Source: a virus. From it: a stretch of 64,000 bases of DNA. Positions 38,828 to 49,100 of the stretch are shown in pieces; within the stretch, counting starts at the first letter, position 1, and every line of letters begins with the position of its first letter. The notes under the pieces are model-generated. The model made no database searches and had not been told where the DNA came from. It was given only the letters and a program-made list of their open reading frames with translations. A program made the translations under genes and the position numbers. The DNA lies in the IMG/VR virus record IMGVR_UViG_3300014502_000005, positions 1 to 64,000 of that record; one strand, given 5' to 3'.

Positions 38828-41800
38828 GCGAAAAAGATATAAAAACATTTGGCGATATTTATCTGGATACTGATTCTGATCCAAAGATTAATAAAGGATC
38901 AGATTATGTATTAAATACAATAATACAATCAGATGGAAGATTTGGGGTAGCTGTAAATATAAAAGGTAACAAAGTGGTTACAGACCAATCTTTATTAGAT
39001 TCTATTTTTGTAAACCCAGACAGTTCTCCGATTAGGGTAATAGGATCGTGTAAAGATGAAGCTAGGAATAGGATTATATATTTTCTTTGTAATTCAGTAT
39101 CAGGGCATTTTAGTTCAGCCATTTTTTATTATGATATTTCTAATGGAGACAATAAGGTTATTTATAGCGATACAATTGATTTAACTAATTTAGATGAGCA
39201 TAATCATATAGGCGATAATTTTTTTCTTTTCGGATTAAATCAAACAGTTAGACATTGGGAAGGATTGGCTGTAGCCCCGAATGGAAATATTTATGCAGCC
39301 GCACAAACCGGAGATATATATCTACAAACTAATGGAACTGGAGATTTTGTAGCAACTGGCCAGACAACAAGAAATTGGCAACAAATGGCAGCCACTTCAA
39401 GTGGTAATATATATGCCGTAGCCATGAGTGGCGATATTTATATGCAGACTAATAGTACAGGTCAATTTGTATCTTTAAATCAAACAACTAAACATTGGGA
39501 AGCTATATCTATAGCTCTAAATGGAGATATATATACAATAGGGTACGGCGATATTTATAAACAAACTGGAGGCACCGGTAATTTTGTTGCATTGAACCAA
39601 TTATCTAATGTTTGGACAAGTATATCTGCCTCTCAGAATGGAAGTGGCAATATTTATGCCGTTAGGGTTGGTGTAGATATTTATATGCAAACTGGAGGGA
39701 CAGGAGATTTTGAGGCATTAAGCCAAGGCTCTAAACTATGGACAGGAATAGTTGTTGCCCCGAATGGTAATGTGTACGCAACAGCGATGTCTCATGATGA
39801 CATATATATGCAAACTTCAGGAGCTGGAAGTTTTGTTGGACTCGGAGACACAAGCCATAATTGGACTTATATAACAGCAACTTCAACTAATAATATTTAT
39901 GTTGTTACAGACAACGATGCTATTTATATGCAAACTGCCGGAACTGGGGCTTTTGTAGATTTAGCCGTTACGTCTAAAGCATGGAATGGAATAGCTGCGG
40001 CTCCGAATGGCAATGTATATGCGATTGCTTATAACATTAGCGGCGAAGATATTTATATGCAAACTTCTGGAACTGGTGATTTTAACCCATTAAGCCAGAC
40101 GCATAGGGATTGGGTTTCTATAGCTGCAGCTTCTAATGGAGATATATATGCAACTACATTAACAGGGGCTACTTATAAACAAACCGGAGGAACTGGTAAT
40201 TTCATAAGCCTAGGCGATACTTCTGATATGTGGATGGGCATAACTGCTGCCCCAAATGGGAATGTGTACGCTTCTGTTTACAATGGAGACATTTATAAAC
40301 AAACTGCCGGAACTGGTAATTTTGTAGCGTTAAATCAGACATATAGACAATGGACGCACATGGCCGCTGCGCCAAATGGCAATATATATGCATCCGTATT
40401 TGGAGGAGATATTTATATGCAAACAGCCGGAACCGGAGCTTTTATTGCATTAAGCCAAACAACTAGAAATTGGCAGGGATTAGCCGCCGCTTCAAATGGA
40501 GACATATATGCAGCTGTCCCTTTTGGGGACATTTATTTACAAACTGCCGGAACTGGTAATTTTGTGGCATTAAATCAAACAGTAAGATATTGGAACGCCA
40601 TGGCTGTTGCTGCCAATGGAAATGTATATGCGGATGTTATTGCTGGCGATATTTATACAAACATATTTAATTATGTATATGATGACGCAAAGGCTCTTAA
40701 TTTTAGCTACGATTCATTTATAACCGCCAATACAATAGGAGATTTATTATACTGGACAGATGGATTAAACCCTCCAAGAAAACTAAATTATATAAAAGCG
40801 TATAATCTTATTAATAACATAACTACTGACTATAAATATAGCACATTGTCAGTTGATATGATTGAGGCATATAAGCGGCCCCCTACTGAAAAAATAGGAT
40901 TGACATTATTAACATCTGCGAGCGAAATTCCCATTCGTAATAAAATATATCAATTTGCATATCGTTATGTTTATGATGATTTTGAAAAAAGCGTGTTGTC
41001 TCCATTTTCAGATGTAGTATTTTCGGATATAACAGCTTTTGCCGACGGAACTGTAACTTCTACATCAAGTATTTACGGAGTAAATCTGACTTTAAAATTA
41101 TATTATACGACAAATGGAACTTGGAATGATGTTGATTCGATAGAATTATTTGTTAGAAATAGCGATAAAGGCAATTGGTATTTATATGACAAAATACCTA
41201 ATCCTAAAAATGGATCAGGAGATACATTAACTTACTTGTTTAAAGACGATAAAATAAAACAAGAAGTAGATCAGGACGACCTAGGAAGACCATTTGATTT
41301 TTTGCCAAAGTTGGCAGGAACTCAAGAAATGATTGAGAAAGACAAGTTGATTTATGGGGATATTACGGAAGGGTTTGATAACATAGGTATAAATATAAGT
41401 TCTGTTGTTAATTTAACATTTGCCCATTTTGATGTGGGAGGCGGAACGGTTAGCACTATAGTTCCAAGGACTATTTCGTTGAAATTTCAAACATATGTTT
41501 CGGGATATACCTATAGCCTTATTTTAAAAATAGATGTAAAACAAACAGGAGCAAGCCCTAGAGATATTAGTACTAAAACAGTTAAGATAATATATAAAGC
41601 AGTTCCAGGGTCTACTGAATCGTCTATTTTGGCTAATATTAGGAATTTAATAAATGCTAATTTAAATTCAAACGTATTGGGATATAGTCGGGTGACAAAT
41701 TATGGTTCTGGAGTTAATTATATTGAGATGCCTATCGACTTTCTTACAAATAGTTCTCCTCCTACACATGAATATAGAGATATAAGTGATGTAAAGTCTT

Positions 41801-43839
41801 ATACGACAAATTTAACGTATAAGACCTTAAAATTTGGAGGGAATTATTTAGGAGGGATTCAGTATTATGACAAGGATTTAAGGTATTCTTTTATTCAAAA
41901 ATTTAATAATGACATTTTTGTTCCTAAATATTCTGATAGCACCTATCTTTCAGCTACAAATAATTATGTAGCTTCTTTAACCGTTTCGATAAAAAATAAA
42001 CCGCCAGAATGGGCATATTATTATGCTTTATGTTTTACAAAAAGAAATAATACAGGTATTTATTGGCAAATAAAAGCCTCTAAAGATATAGAATATTTTT
42101 ATGGAGCTAGTGATGGTTTTTTAAAAATAAAAGTTAATAAAATAATAAATCAAGAACACGACGATAATAAAAAATCAAATATTCCAACTTATATTTTTGA
42201 AGAAGGAGATAGGATTAGAGTTATAGGATATGGCACGACTATATACGACTTATTAGTACTTAACAATTCTTTTATAGATGAAAGTATTCTTGGCGTTGAT
42301 TATTTGTCAGGCGATTTATCATATAAAAAAGACGAATCTACAACTCCTGAATTTTTAAAAGATGCAAACGGGAATAAAGTTGTAGATGATTCATCATCTT
42401 TTATTATAACTCCTATTACTATTGATAAAATAAACCTTCCCTATGGGCCTATAACATCCTTGTTTTTTGAAATATATAGACCAAAAAAAGAAGCATCAAG
42501 CCCCTATTATTTTTCTACTTATTTTGGCACTATTGGGAACCCAGGAACGACTAATAATTATCATATAGGAACATCTCAAAATCAAGATCCAAATAATCCT
42601 GTAAATATACCAGCTATTGTAACTTGTAATCCTGGCGACACTTATTTAAAAGTTAGGGAACTAGAGTATACATTTATATGTACAGATGATAATTATTCGG
42701 ATTATTATAATTCAGATAGCTATGGGTTAGGGATGCCAAATATATTTAATCCAGACGCAAAAGAGGAACGATTAATTTCAGGCATGAGGAATTCAGGTTC
42801 TTTATTAGAGGATACTAAAATTAATAGGCTTAATCAATTTAAGTCGGCGGATTTGGAAATATTAAAGTCTAAATTTGGGGTTATTCATGTTTTAAGGGAA
42901 GTTGGAAATGTGTTAAAAGTACTTCAAGATAGAAAAGAGACTTCTATTTATATTAGTCGGACAGAAATGCAAAACGCTGATAATACTTCAAATGTAGTTA
43001 AATCAACAGCATTGTTGGGAACGGCTAATAAGTTTGATGAAGATAGAGGGACTGTTTATCGAAGATCGGCCATTGGTCATAATCGGGAATTATATTATTT
43101 TGATATTTATAGGGGCGAAGTTATAAGGTCAAGTCCTAATGGCCAATATCCTATTTCTGAATATGGGATGAGAACTTATTTTAAGAATAAATCACTAGAA
43201 TTATTATCTGAAGGGATAGAAAATATAGATGTTATTGCGTCATTTGACGAAGAAAATAAAATATATTTACTTACGTTCAAGGGTACGAACTCAGAGACTG
43301 TTGGATTTTATGATCCACAAATAGAAGGCGCAAAACCAAGATGGATAAGTTTTTATTCATTCATTCCAGAACATTATGAATCATTTGGATCGGCACTACT
43401 TTCTTTTAAGGACGGGATAGGTTATCAACATAATTCATCGAATGTAAATCGGACTACTTTTTATAATGTTAAACATAAACAACAGATTAATTGGTATTCT
43501 AATGTTGTTCCGATTATAAAGAAAATATTTAGAAGTATAGGCGTAAAATCTAATAAAGCATGGAGTATTCCAATTATATTGATAGAACCAGATGCTTCTT
43601 ATCCTAATGGGATGTTATCAAAATTAAATACAAATCATTTTGAGTTAAAGGAAGGTCAATATTTTGCCGACTATTTGAATAATATGAAAACTACTTCAAG
43701 CTCGGCATCTGTTTTGGATTTATTTAATGGTGATACTTTAAGAGGATATTATCTGCAAAACCAAATGGAAAATATAGAAAATGCAGAAGTATGGTTACTA
43801 TCGACTGAGGTTAATTTCGATCAAAGTAACAAATTTTAA
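38824..43839 (+). CDS. Tail muzzle/stabilisation protein with inserted beta-propeller repeats
   Basis: G...NIKGN, LLYWTDGLNPPRKLN, FAYRYVYDD.EKS..SPFS, WISFYSFIPE, KEG motifs; 12 repeats of ~40 aa. Confidence 0.8.
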   Translation: MSEKDIKTFGDIYLDTDSDPKINKGSDYVLNTIIQSDGRFGVAVNIKGNKVVTDQSLLDSIFVNPDSSPIRVIGSCKDEARNRIIYFLCNSVSGHFSSAIFYYDISNGDNKVIYSDTIDLTNLDEHNHIGDNFFLFGLNQTVRHWEGLAVAPNGNIYAAAQTGDIYLQTNGTGDFVATGQTTRNWQQMAATSSGNIYAVAMSGDIYMQTNSTGQFVSLNQTTKHWEAISIALNGDIYTIGYGDIYKQTGGTGNFVALNQLSNVWTSISASQNGSGNIYAVRVGVDIYMQTGGTGDFEALSQGSKLWTGIVVAPNGNVYATAMSHDDIYMQTSGAGSFVGLGDTSHNWTYITATSTNNIYVVTDNDAIYMQTAGTGAFVDLAVTSKAWNGIAAAPNGNVYAIAYNISGEDIYMQTSGTGDFNPLSQTHRDWVSIAAASNGDIYATTLTGATYKQTGGTGNFISLGDTSDMWMGITAAPNGNVYASVYNGDIYKQTAGTGNFVALNQTYRQWTHMAAAPNGNIYASVFGGDIYMQTAGTGAFIALSQTTRNWQGLAAASNGDIYAAVPFGDIYLQTAGTGNFVALNQTVRYWNAMAVAANGNVYADVIAGDIYTNIFNYVYDDAKALNFSYDSFITANTIGDLLYWTDGLNPPRKLNYIKAYNLINNITTDYKYSTLSVDMIEAYKRPPTEKIGLTLLTSASEIPIRNKIYQFAYRYVYDDFEKSVLSPFSDVVFSDITAFADGTVTSTSSIYGVNLTLKLYYTTNGTWNDVDSIELFVRNSDKGNWYLYDKIPNPKNGSGDTLTYLFKDDKIKQEVDQDDLGRPFDFLPKLAGTQEMIEKDKLIYGDITEGFDNIGINISSVVNLTFAHFDVGGGTVSTIVPRTISLKFQTYVSGYTYSLILKIDVKQTGASPRDISTKTVKIIYKAVPGSTESSILANIRNLINANLNSNVLGYSRVTNYGSGVNYIEMPIDFLTNSSPPTHEYRDISDVKSYTTNLTYKTLKFGGNYLGGIQYYDKDLRYSFIQKFNNDIFVPKYSDSTYLSATNNYVASLTVSIKNKPPEWAYYYALCFTKRNNTGIYWQIKASKDIEYFYGASDGFLKIKVNKIINQEHDDNKKSNIPTYIFEEGDRIRVIGYGTTIYDLLVLNNSFIDESILGVDYLSGDLSYKKDESTTPEFLKDANGNKVVDDSSSFIITPITIDKINLPYGPITSLFFEIYRPKKEASSPYYFSTYFGTIGNPGTTNNYHIGTSQNQDPNNPVNIPAIVTCNPGDTYLKVRELEYTFICTDDNYSDYYNSDSYGLGMPNIFNPDAKEERLISGMRNSGSLLEDTKINRLNQFKSADLEILKSKFGVIHVLREVGNVLKVLQDRKETSIYISRTEMQNADNTSNVVKSTALLGTANKFDEDRGTVYRRSAIGHNRELYYFDIYRGEVIRSSPNGQYPISEYGMRTYFKNKSLELLSEGIENIDVIASFDEENKIYLLTFKGTNSETVGFYDPQIEGAKPRWISFYSFIPEHYESFGSALLSFKDGIGYQHNSSNVNRTTFYNVKHKQQINWYSNVVPIIKKIFRSIGVKSNKAWSIPIILIEPDASYPNGMLSKLNTNHFELKEGQYFADYLNNMKTTSSSASVLDLFNGDTLRGYYLQNQMENIENAEVWLLSTEVNFDQSNKF
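39235..40662 (+). repeat. 12 tandem ~120-bp coding repeats (L.QT.R.W..(I/M)AAA.NGNIYA...GDIY.QT.GTG.FVA)
   Basis: Counted in the translated protein. Confidence 0.9.
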
Positions 43840-43845
43840 AATGAT

Positions 43846-43853
43846 TAACTTTG
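43846..43853 (+). promoter_or_regulatory. -7 promoter element TAACTTTG
   Basis: ATTAACTTTGTAAAAAT also found at 51846. Confidence 0.6.
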
Positions 43854-43866
43854 TAAAAATAATAAT

Positions 43867-44508
43867 ATGATACCATTAGTTGCCGCGGGAATTGGAAGTG
43901 CAATTGGACTAGGAGAATCTATATTTGGAGGTATAAAAGCTAACAGGGCCAACAAGGCTATGGATCAACTAGAAAAGAATAAACCCATATATTCGCGTCC
44001 AGACGAGATTAAACAATACCTTGAACAGGCTAAGACGAATGCTAATTCAAAAATGCCTGGTCAAACTCAAATGGAACAAAATGCCCAGCAATCAACTCAG
44101 TCTATGATGACTAAATTGGAAGATTCAGGTCAATTAGATGCTGGGTCTATTCAAAAATTATATCAGTCAGAAGTAGGGGCTTATAATAATTTAGCTATGC
44201 AGCAAGCGCAGTATTATCAGTCAAATCAAGACAGACTAAGTCAAGCTTTTAATGAATCTGCTAAATATGCAGATCAGGAATTTGAATATAATATAAACGC
44301 TCCTTGGCAGCGTCAATATAATAGGCAAATAGGCAATTATGAAGCTGGACAAAAGATGGTTGGACAAGGGTTGAATACACTTGCTTCATCGGCTATGAAT
44401 TATGCAGGAATGAAAAGTGGTTCATCTCAAAATGATTCATCACAAACATTTCCTGGGAATAGCATGGATTCTTCAATGAATATACGACAATATAAAAATC
44501 ACGTATAA
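43867..44508 (+). CDS. Internal virion (cargo/ejection) protein
   Basis: Gly/Ala-rich hydrophobic N-terminus then Q-rich helices; follows muzzle. Confidence 0.65.
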   Translation: MIPLVAAGIGSAIGLGESIFGGIKANRANKAMDQLEKNKPIYSRPDEIKQYLEQAKTNANSKMPGQTQMEQNAQQSTQSMMTKLEDSGQLDAGSIQKLYQSEVGAYNNLAMQQAQYYQSNQDRLSQAFNESAKYADQEFEYNINAPWQRQYNRQIGNYEAGQKMVGQGLNTLASSAMNYAGMKSGSSQNDSSQTFPGNSMDSSMNIRQYKNHV

Positions 44509-46106
44509 TGGCAATATCAACATATACACGTGCCCCCAAAGAATATGATTATAGTGATCTTAATGTTGACAAGCAATTAGATAGATTTTCTAATACTTAC
44601 CGGCAAGACCAGGAGAAGGAACGTCAAGATACTAAACAAAGAGAAGCTACATATCTTCAACAAGCAAAGGTTGATCCTATATTTAATATGTCAAGTTATT
44701 GGCAAAAAGAACAAGGTAAAAAAATTCAAGAGTTTCAAAATTTTTTATCTCAAAAATATTATAGCTCAAAAAATAGGCTAAATTTACAAGACCAAATAGA
44801 AATACAAAATCATAAAGCAGCCTTGTATGGTTGGCAACAAGAATTACAGGCTAATCAACAGAAGTACGCCCAAGCTGCAAAACAAATAGAAAATGATCCG
44901 TACGGTATTAAATACGATAAAGATAATTTTGAGTCTAAGGTTGATAAATGGAAAGTTGATGGCAAATTAGATGACGACATGTTGTTGCCACCAAGAATAG
45001 GAGATAGGCGTGGTTATTATGAAACTAAAAACTGGAAGGGGACAAAGCAGACCGATGTAACCGACAGGAATGGCCAAAGGCATACAGTTGAAGTTCCAAT
45101 GACTGATGATGAAGCAAAAGCTCAATCTAAGTATGATTTATTTAATCCTAAAAATGCAGGATTATATAGGACTGTTACAGAAGATTTTGCCAAATTACCA
45201 ATAGAAGATAAGAAAAAATACCTTGATAAATATAAAGGAGAAGAAAATCAAATAGGAGATGCTGTTGTGGATTGGAATTGGGACACAGCAGGTAAATATG
45301 CTATTAAAAAACAAATTTCAGATAAACCTGCCCCAAAAGGAAGTAGAGGAAGTGGCTACGGTGCGGCTTATTATCCAAACGAATCTGGAGAAGCGGTAGG
45401 GAATAGAAGTATTGTTAAAAATATTCATAAGCCTGTCGTTGTTGGAGATATAACAATAAATAATGAGGATGAATATCGTAAATTAGCACTTAAAAAAGGT
45501 CAGACAAGTGAAGAAAGAAAAGCTTTATTAACATGGAGCGATCAGAAAAGAGATTCTAAAAATTTTGTTGAAAGAAAAGTTGGGGTAAAAATTGAAGATG
45601 GGGCTAAAGTCCCTAATAATATTAGCATATCTGTTCCAGCTAAAAATACAGTTGACATATCTACAGGAAAATTAAATAAAGATCAAGAGGAAGGTGTAGG
45701 ACAACAGGATTATAAAAGGATGTCTATTGAATATCTGCCTTGGAATGGAGAAAGATGGGCGGAAGGAGATGAATATGGAAGCAGAGAAAATTTAAAGCCA
45801 GGATGGACTATTAAACCATTTTTAATAGGACGAGACGATGAAGAACAAGAAGTGAATGCCAAATTATTGGATAAGCATGATCTGGAACAGATAGAATATC
45901 AATCAAAAGGTAAATGGAGCGGAGAAAGTGTTAGGAATAATATGAGTATTGGCAAGCCAGAAAATAAAGTTAGTGAACCTTCAAAAGCTAATAAGGCTAA
46001 GTCTTACACTATAAGAGGTAAGAATTATACTCATAGTGATTTATTGAAACAAGGATTTAGTGAAGGTCAGATACAAAAAGCTATTAAAGAAGGTAAAATA
46101 AAATAA
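44508..46106 (+). CDS. Internal virion (cargo) protein
   Basis: 532 aa hydrophilic helical protein; position. Confidence 0.55.
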   Translation: MAISTYTRAPKEYDYSDLNVDKQLDRFSNTYRQDQEKERQDTKQREATYLQQAKVDPIFNMSSYWQKEQGKKIQEFQNFLSQKYYSSKNRLNLQDQIEIQNHKAALYGWQQELQANQQKYAQAAKQIENDPYGIKYDKDNFESKVDKWKVDGKLDDDMLLPPRIGDRRGYYETKNWKGTKQTDVTDRNGQRHTVEVPMTDDEAKAQSKYDLFNPKNAGLYRTVTEDFAKLPIEDKKKYLDKYKGEENQIGDAVVDWNWDTAGKYAIKKQISDKPAPKGSRGSGYGAAYYPNESGEAVGNRSIVKNIHKPVVVGDITINNEDEYRKLALKKGQTSEERKALLTWSDQKRDSKNFVERKVGVKIEDGAKVPNNISISVPAKNTVDISTGKLNKDQEEGVGQQDYKRMSIEYLPWNGERWAEGDEYGSRENLKPGWTIKPFLIGRDDEEQEVNAKLLDKHDLEQIEYQSKGKWSGESVRNNMSIGKPENKVSEPSKANKAKSYTIRGKNYTHSDLLKQGFSEGQIQKAIKEGKIK

Positions 46107-46107
46107 T

Positions 46108-49100
46108 ATGCCAGACAAGGATTTAGTAAACTTATTAGGAGAACCTGAAAATAAACCAGATACTGATTTAGTATCTGCATTAGGAGAGCCCGAATTAAAA
46201 AAAAAAGTATCTACTACAGAATCTCAACCTTATTTAGGTCAAGATTCACAATCAGAATCAGTTGGTCAGGCAAATACATCGAAATCACAAAGTTCGACTG
46301 GTAGTTTTAGAACCGTAGGCTCTCCGAAACAAAAACCAAAATACGATACAGAAGTTTTGCCCGAGACTTTTAATGAAAAACCTATTGTCAAAGCTGAACA
46401 AAAAGAAGATAAGGTTCGTCAAAAAATATATGAAAAACCCAGATCAGTAGATGATTTTAATAAAGAGTTTGGAATCAATCCAGAAGAGAATGATATTAAG
46501 AATCCAGAAAAAATATTAAAACCTGAAGAACAAGAAAATTTACTACAAACTATAGACTTTAAGAGATTTACCAAACAAAAAACTGATGAATATTTAACAA
46601 GACCGGAAGATAGTTATTTATGGTCATTTTCGCATGGAGCAGGAAAAGCTATTTATCATGTTTTGGACGATTTGGACGCAGCTTCCAAAATGCTACATGA
46701 TATTACAGGTATAAATTATGGCGGGACATTTGGTGATGCTGCAAAAAAAGTAAATGAAAGCAATGAAAGTGGCACGACCAAAACGCCAGATACTATATTA
46801 GGAAATGTTCTAGAAGGTTTAGGAAGCACTTCTGTGGATGTTCCATTAATGTGGCTTACTCCTGAGTTGAAATCTAAATATATAGCTGCTGCTACAGGTG
46901 GCGTAGTTAAATCTATGCCCGGTATTGTTTCATATATGGCTGCTGATAATGCTTTATCTAAATATCAAGAATTAGATAAGCAGGATAATCCAGAGGCTAA
47001 TAAATTGACTGAGACATTTAAAGCCGCAGGACTAGGTGCTTTTGAAGGCTATCTAATGCACTCTTTTGGATTTTTATCCTCTGAAGCAGGAGGATTTATA
47101 AAAGGAGTGACGAATAATAATGCTTTAGGCAAAGTAGCTTCTGTAGTTTCTAATGGCACTTTGTTCGGAGGAATGACGGCTTCGGAACAATATATGTCTG
47201 GAAAGATTAATCCTAAAGAAGTTATTAGTAGTGCTATTTTAGGTGCTGGAATGACGGCAGTTTCTATACCTGAATCGTTAAGAAAAGAATTAGAAGCAAA
47301 TCAGCAAAAAGCTAGTGATAGATTTTTTACTTCATCTTCTGAAGATATAGCCAAGATCAATGATTTACCTAAATCTGTTGATAAATTAAGGGAAGAACAG
47401 TTAAAAGTACAAGACAAAGCCGATAAAGAAACTGACCCAAAAAAGAAAGAAGAACTACAAATAGCAGCCAAAACCATCGACGGATATATAGACGTAAAAG
47501 CTGTAACCAAACAAATATTGTCTGATTCTGATGTTGCCATTAAGGCCATACAGGAAGATCCGAAATTAACAGATGAAGAAAAGCAATATCATATTGATAA
47601 GGTGAATGAAGTTGTGGCCAAGAACGATCCAAGAATACAAGCGGCCAATCCTCTTATTAAAGAATCTTCTGATATTGATAAGAATATTCAAACTATTAAA
47701 GAAAACAAGTCTATACCAGAAGAAAATAAGCCAATTATGATTGAAGGCTTAGAAGACAGAAAAAAAGAAGTTTTTAAGTCCATTAAAAAAGAGATGTCTA
47801 AACCTATGGATATTTTTGAATTAAATAAAAATGAACAATTAAAACAAAAAGAAAATGAAAGCAAAATCAAAAAACAAAATGTTCGCTCAACAGAAGCCAA
47901 GCAAGATGTCGGGGAAAAAAGTAGCTCCTCCAAAGAAGTCCCCAAAATCGAAGAAAAAAGCAAAGGGCTGCTAGAGGATGCCACTCAAAAAGTCGGGGTC
48001 GAAAAAAGCGGTCAGCCAGAACATAAGCGAATTCCACAAGGGGAAGACTTACGCGGCGACCAAGAGAAAGTTCGGGAAGGTAAAAGCGAACAAACAGGCA
48101 ATAGCAGTAGCCCTCGAACAGAAGAGAAGGAGCAAGAAGAAATGATACCAGAATTTGTACCGGAAGGCATGGCAGAACCAGAACCTTCCAGTACAAAATC
48201 AGGGAAAGTAGATATTGGAGAAAAAAGTGAGATGTCTAAAGACATGAAAGGCATTTTAGGTATAAAAGATAATAACGTATTTACTAGAGAAATATCGAAA
48301 GAAGGAAAAGAATTTGGCGAAGTCCATGTAAAAGAAATGCCTGAAAATTGGCAAGTTAAATATGTGAATGTAAATGATAAAGGTAAAGGATATGGCAAAC
48401 AGATTTACAGAGAATTAAACAAGCAAGCCGAAACCGAAGGAAAAACAATAGTGTCTGATGAGCCTAATAAAATATCTGCTTCAGCCAAAGGCTTATGGAA
48501 TTCACTAGTTAAATCTGGAGAAGCAGAAAAACTGCCAGACGAATCTTATCGAATGATTTCAACCAAAACAGAAAAACCAATATCACAAGAAAATACTAAA
48601 ATTAAAGAGCCTTCTATTGGCGATAAAGTAGGATTTAAAGATATGGTAGGTACTTCCCGCAAAGGGGAATTATTATCTATAGAAGACGGTAAATATAAAA
48701 TAAAGGCAGACGACGGGAGTACGCATCGTGTAAAGCCCGAAAAATTACAACCAATAGAGCAATCTGAAAAAGAGATTAAAGAAGGAGAGGCTCCCGCCAA
48801 AGAAGAAATTAAACTTAATGAGAAAATAAAATCAACCAAAGTTACTTTGGCTAAAAATGATATTCCTATTATATCAGGGCTTGTTAAAGATATTGTAAAG
48901 CCTGTAGCTGAATCGGCTAAAGATGCTTTTATGATAGCTTATAAATTTCTGTCTCCTAAATCTTTTGCTTCATCTAAGGTTAAAGATATTTTAAATGAAA
49001 CATTGATTGGAGAAAGGAACGAATCCAAGGCTAAATTAGACATGGCATTACGTCCCGTAGAAAAGTTATTCGACCAAATGCCGGATGAGGATAATGTTAA

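Noticed and set aside
39235-40662. DGR template/variable repeats
   Set aside because: No reverse transcriptase seen; repeats are in-frame and differences are not adenine-restricted
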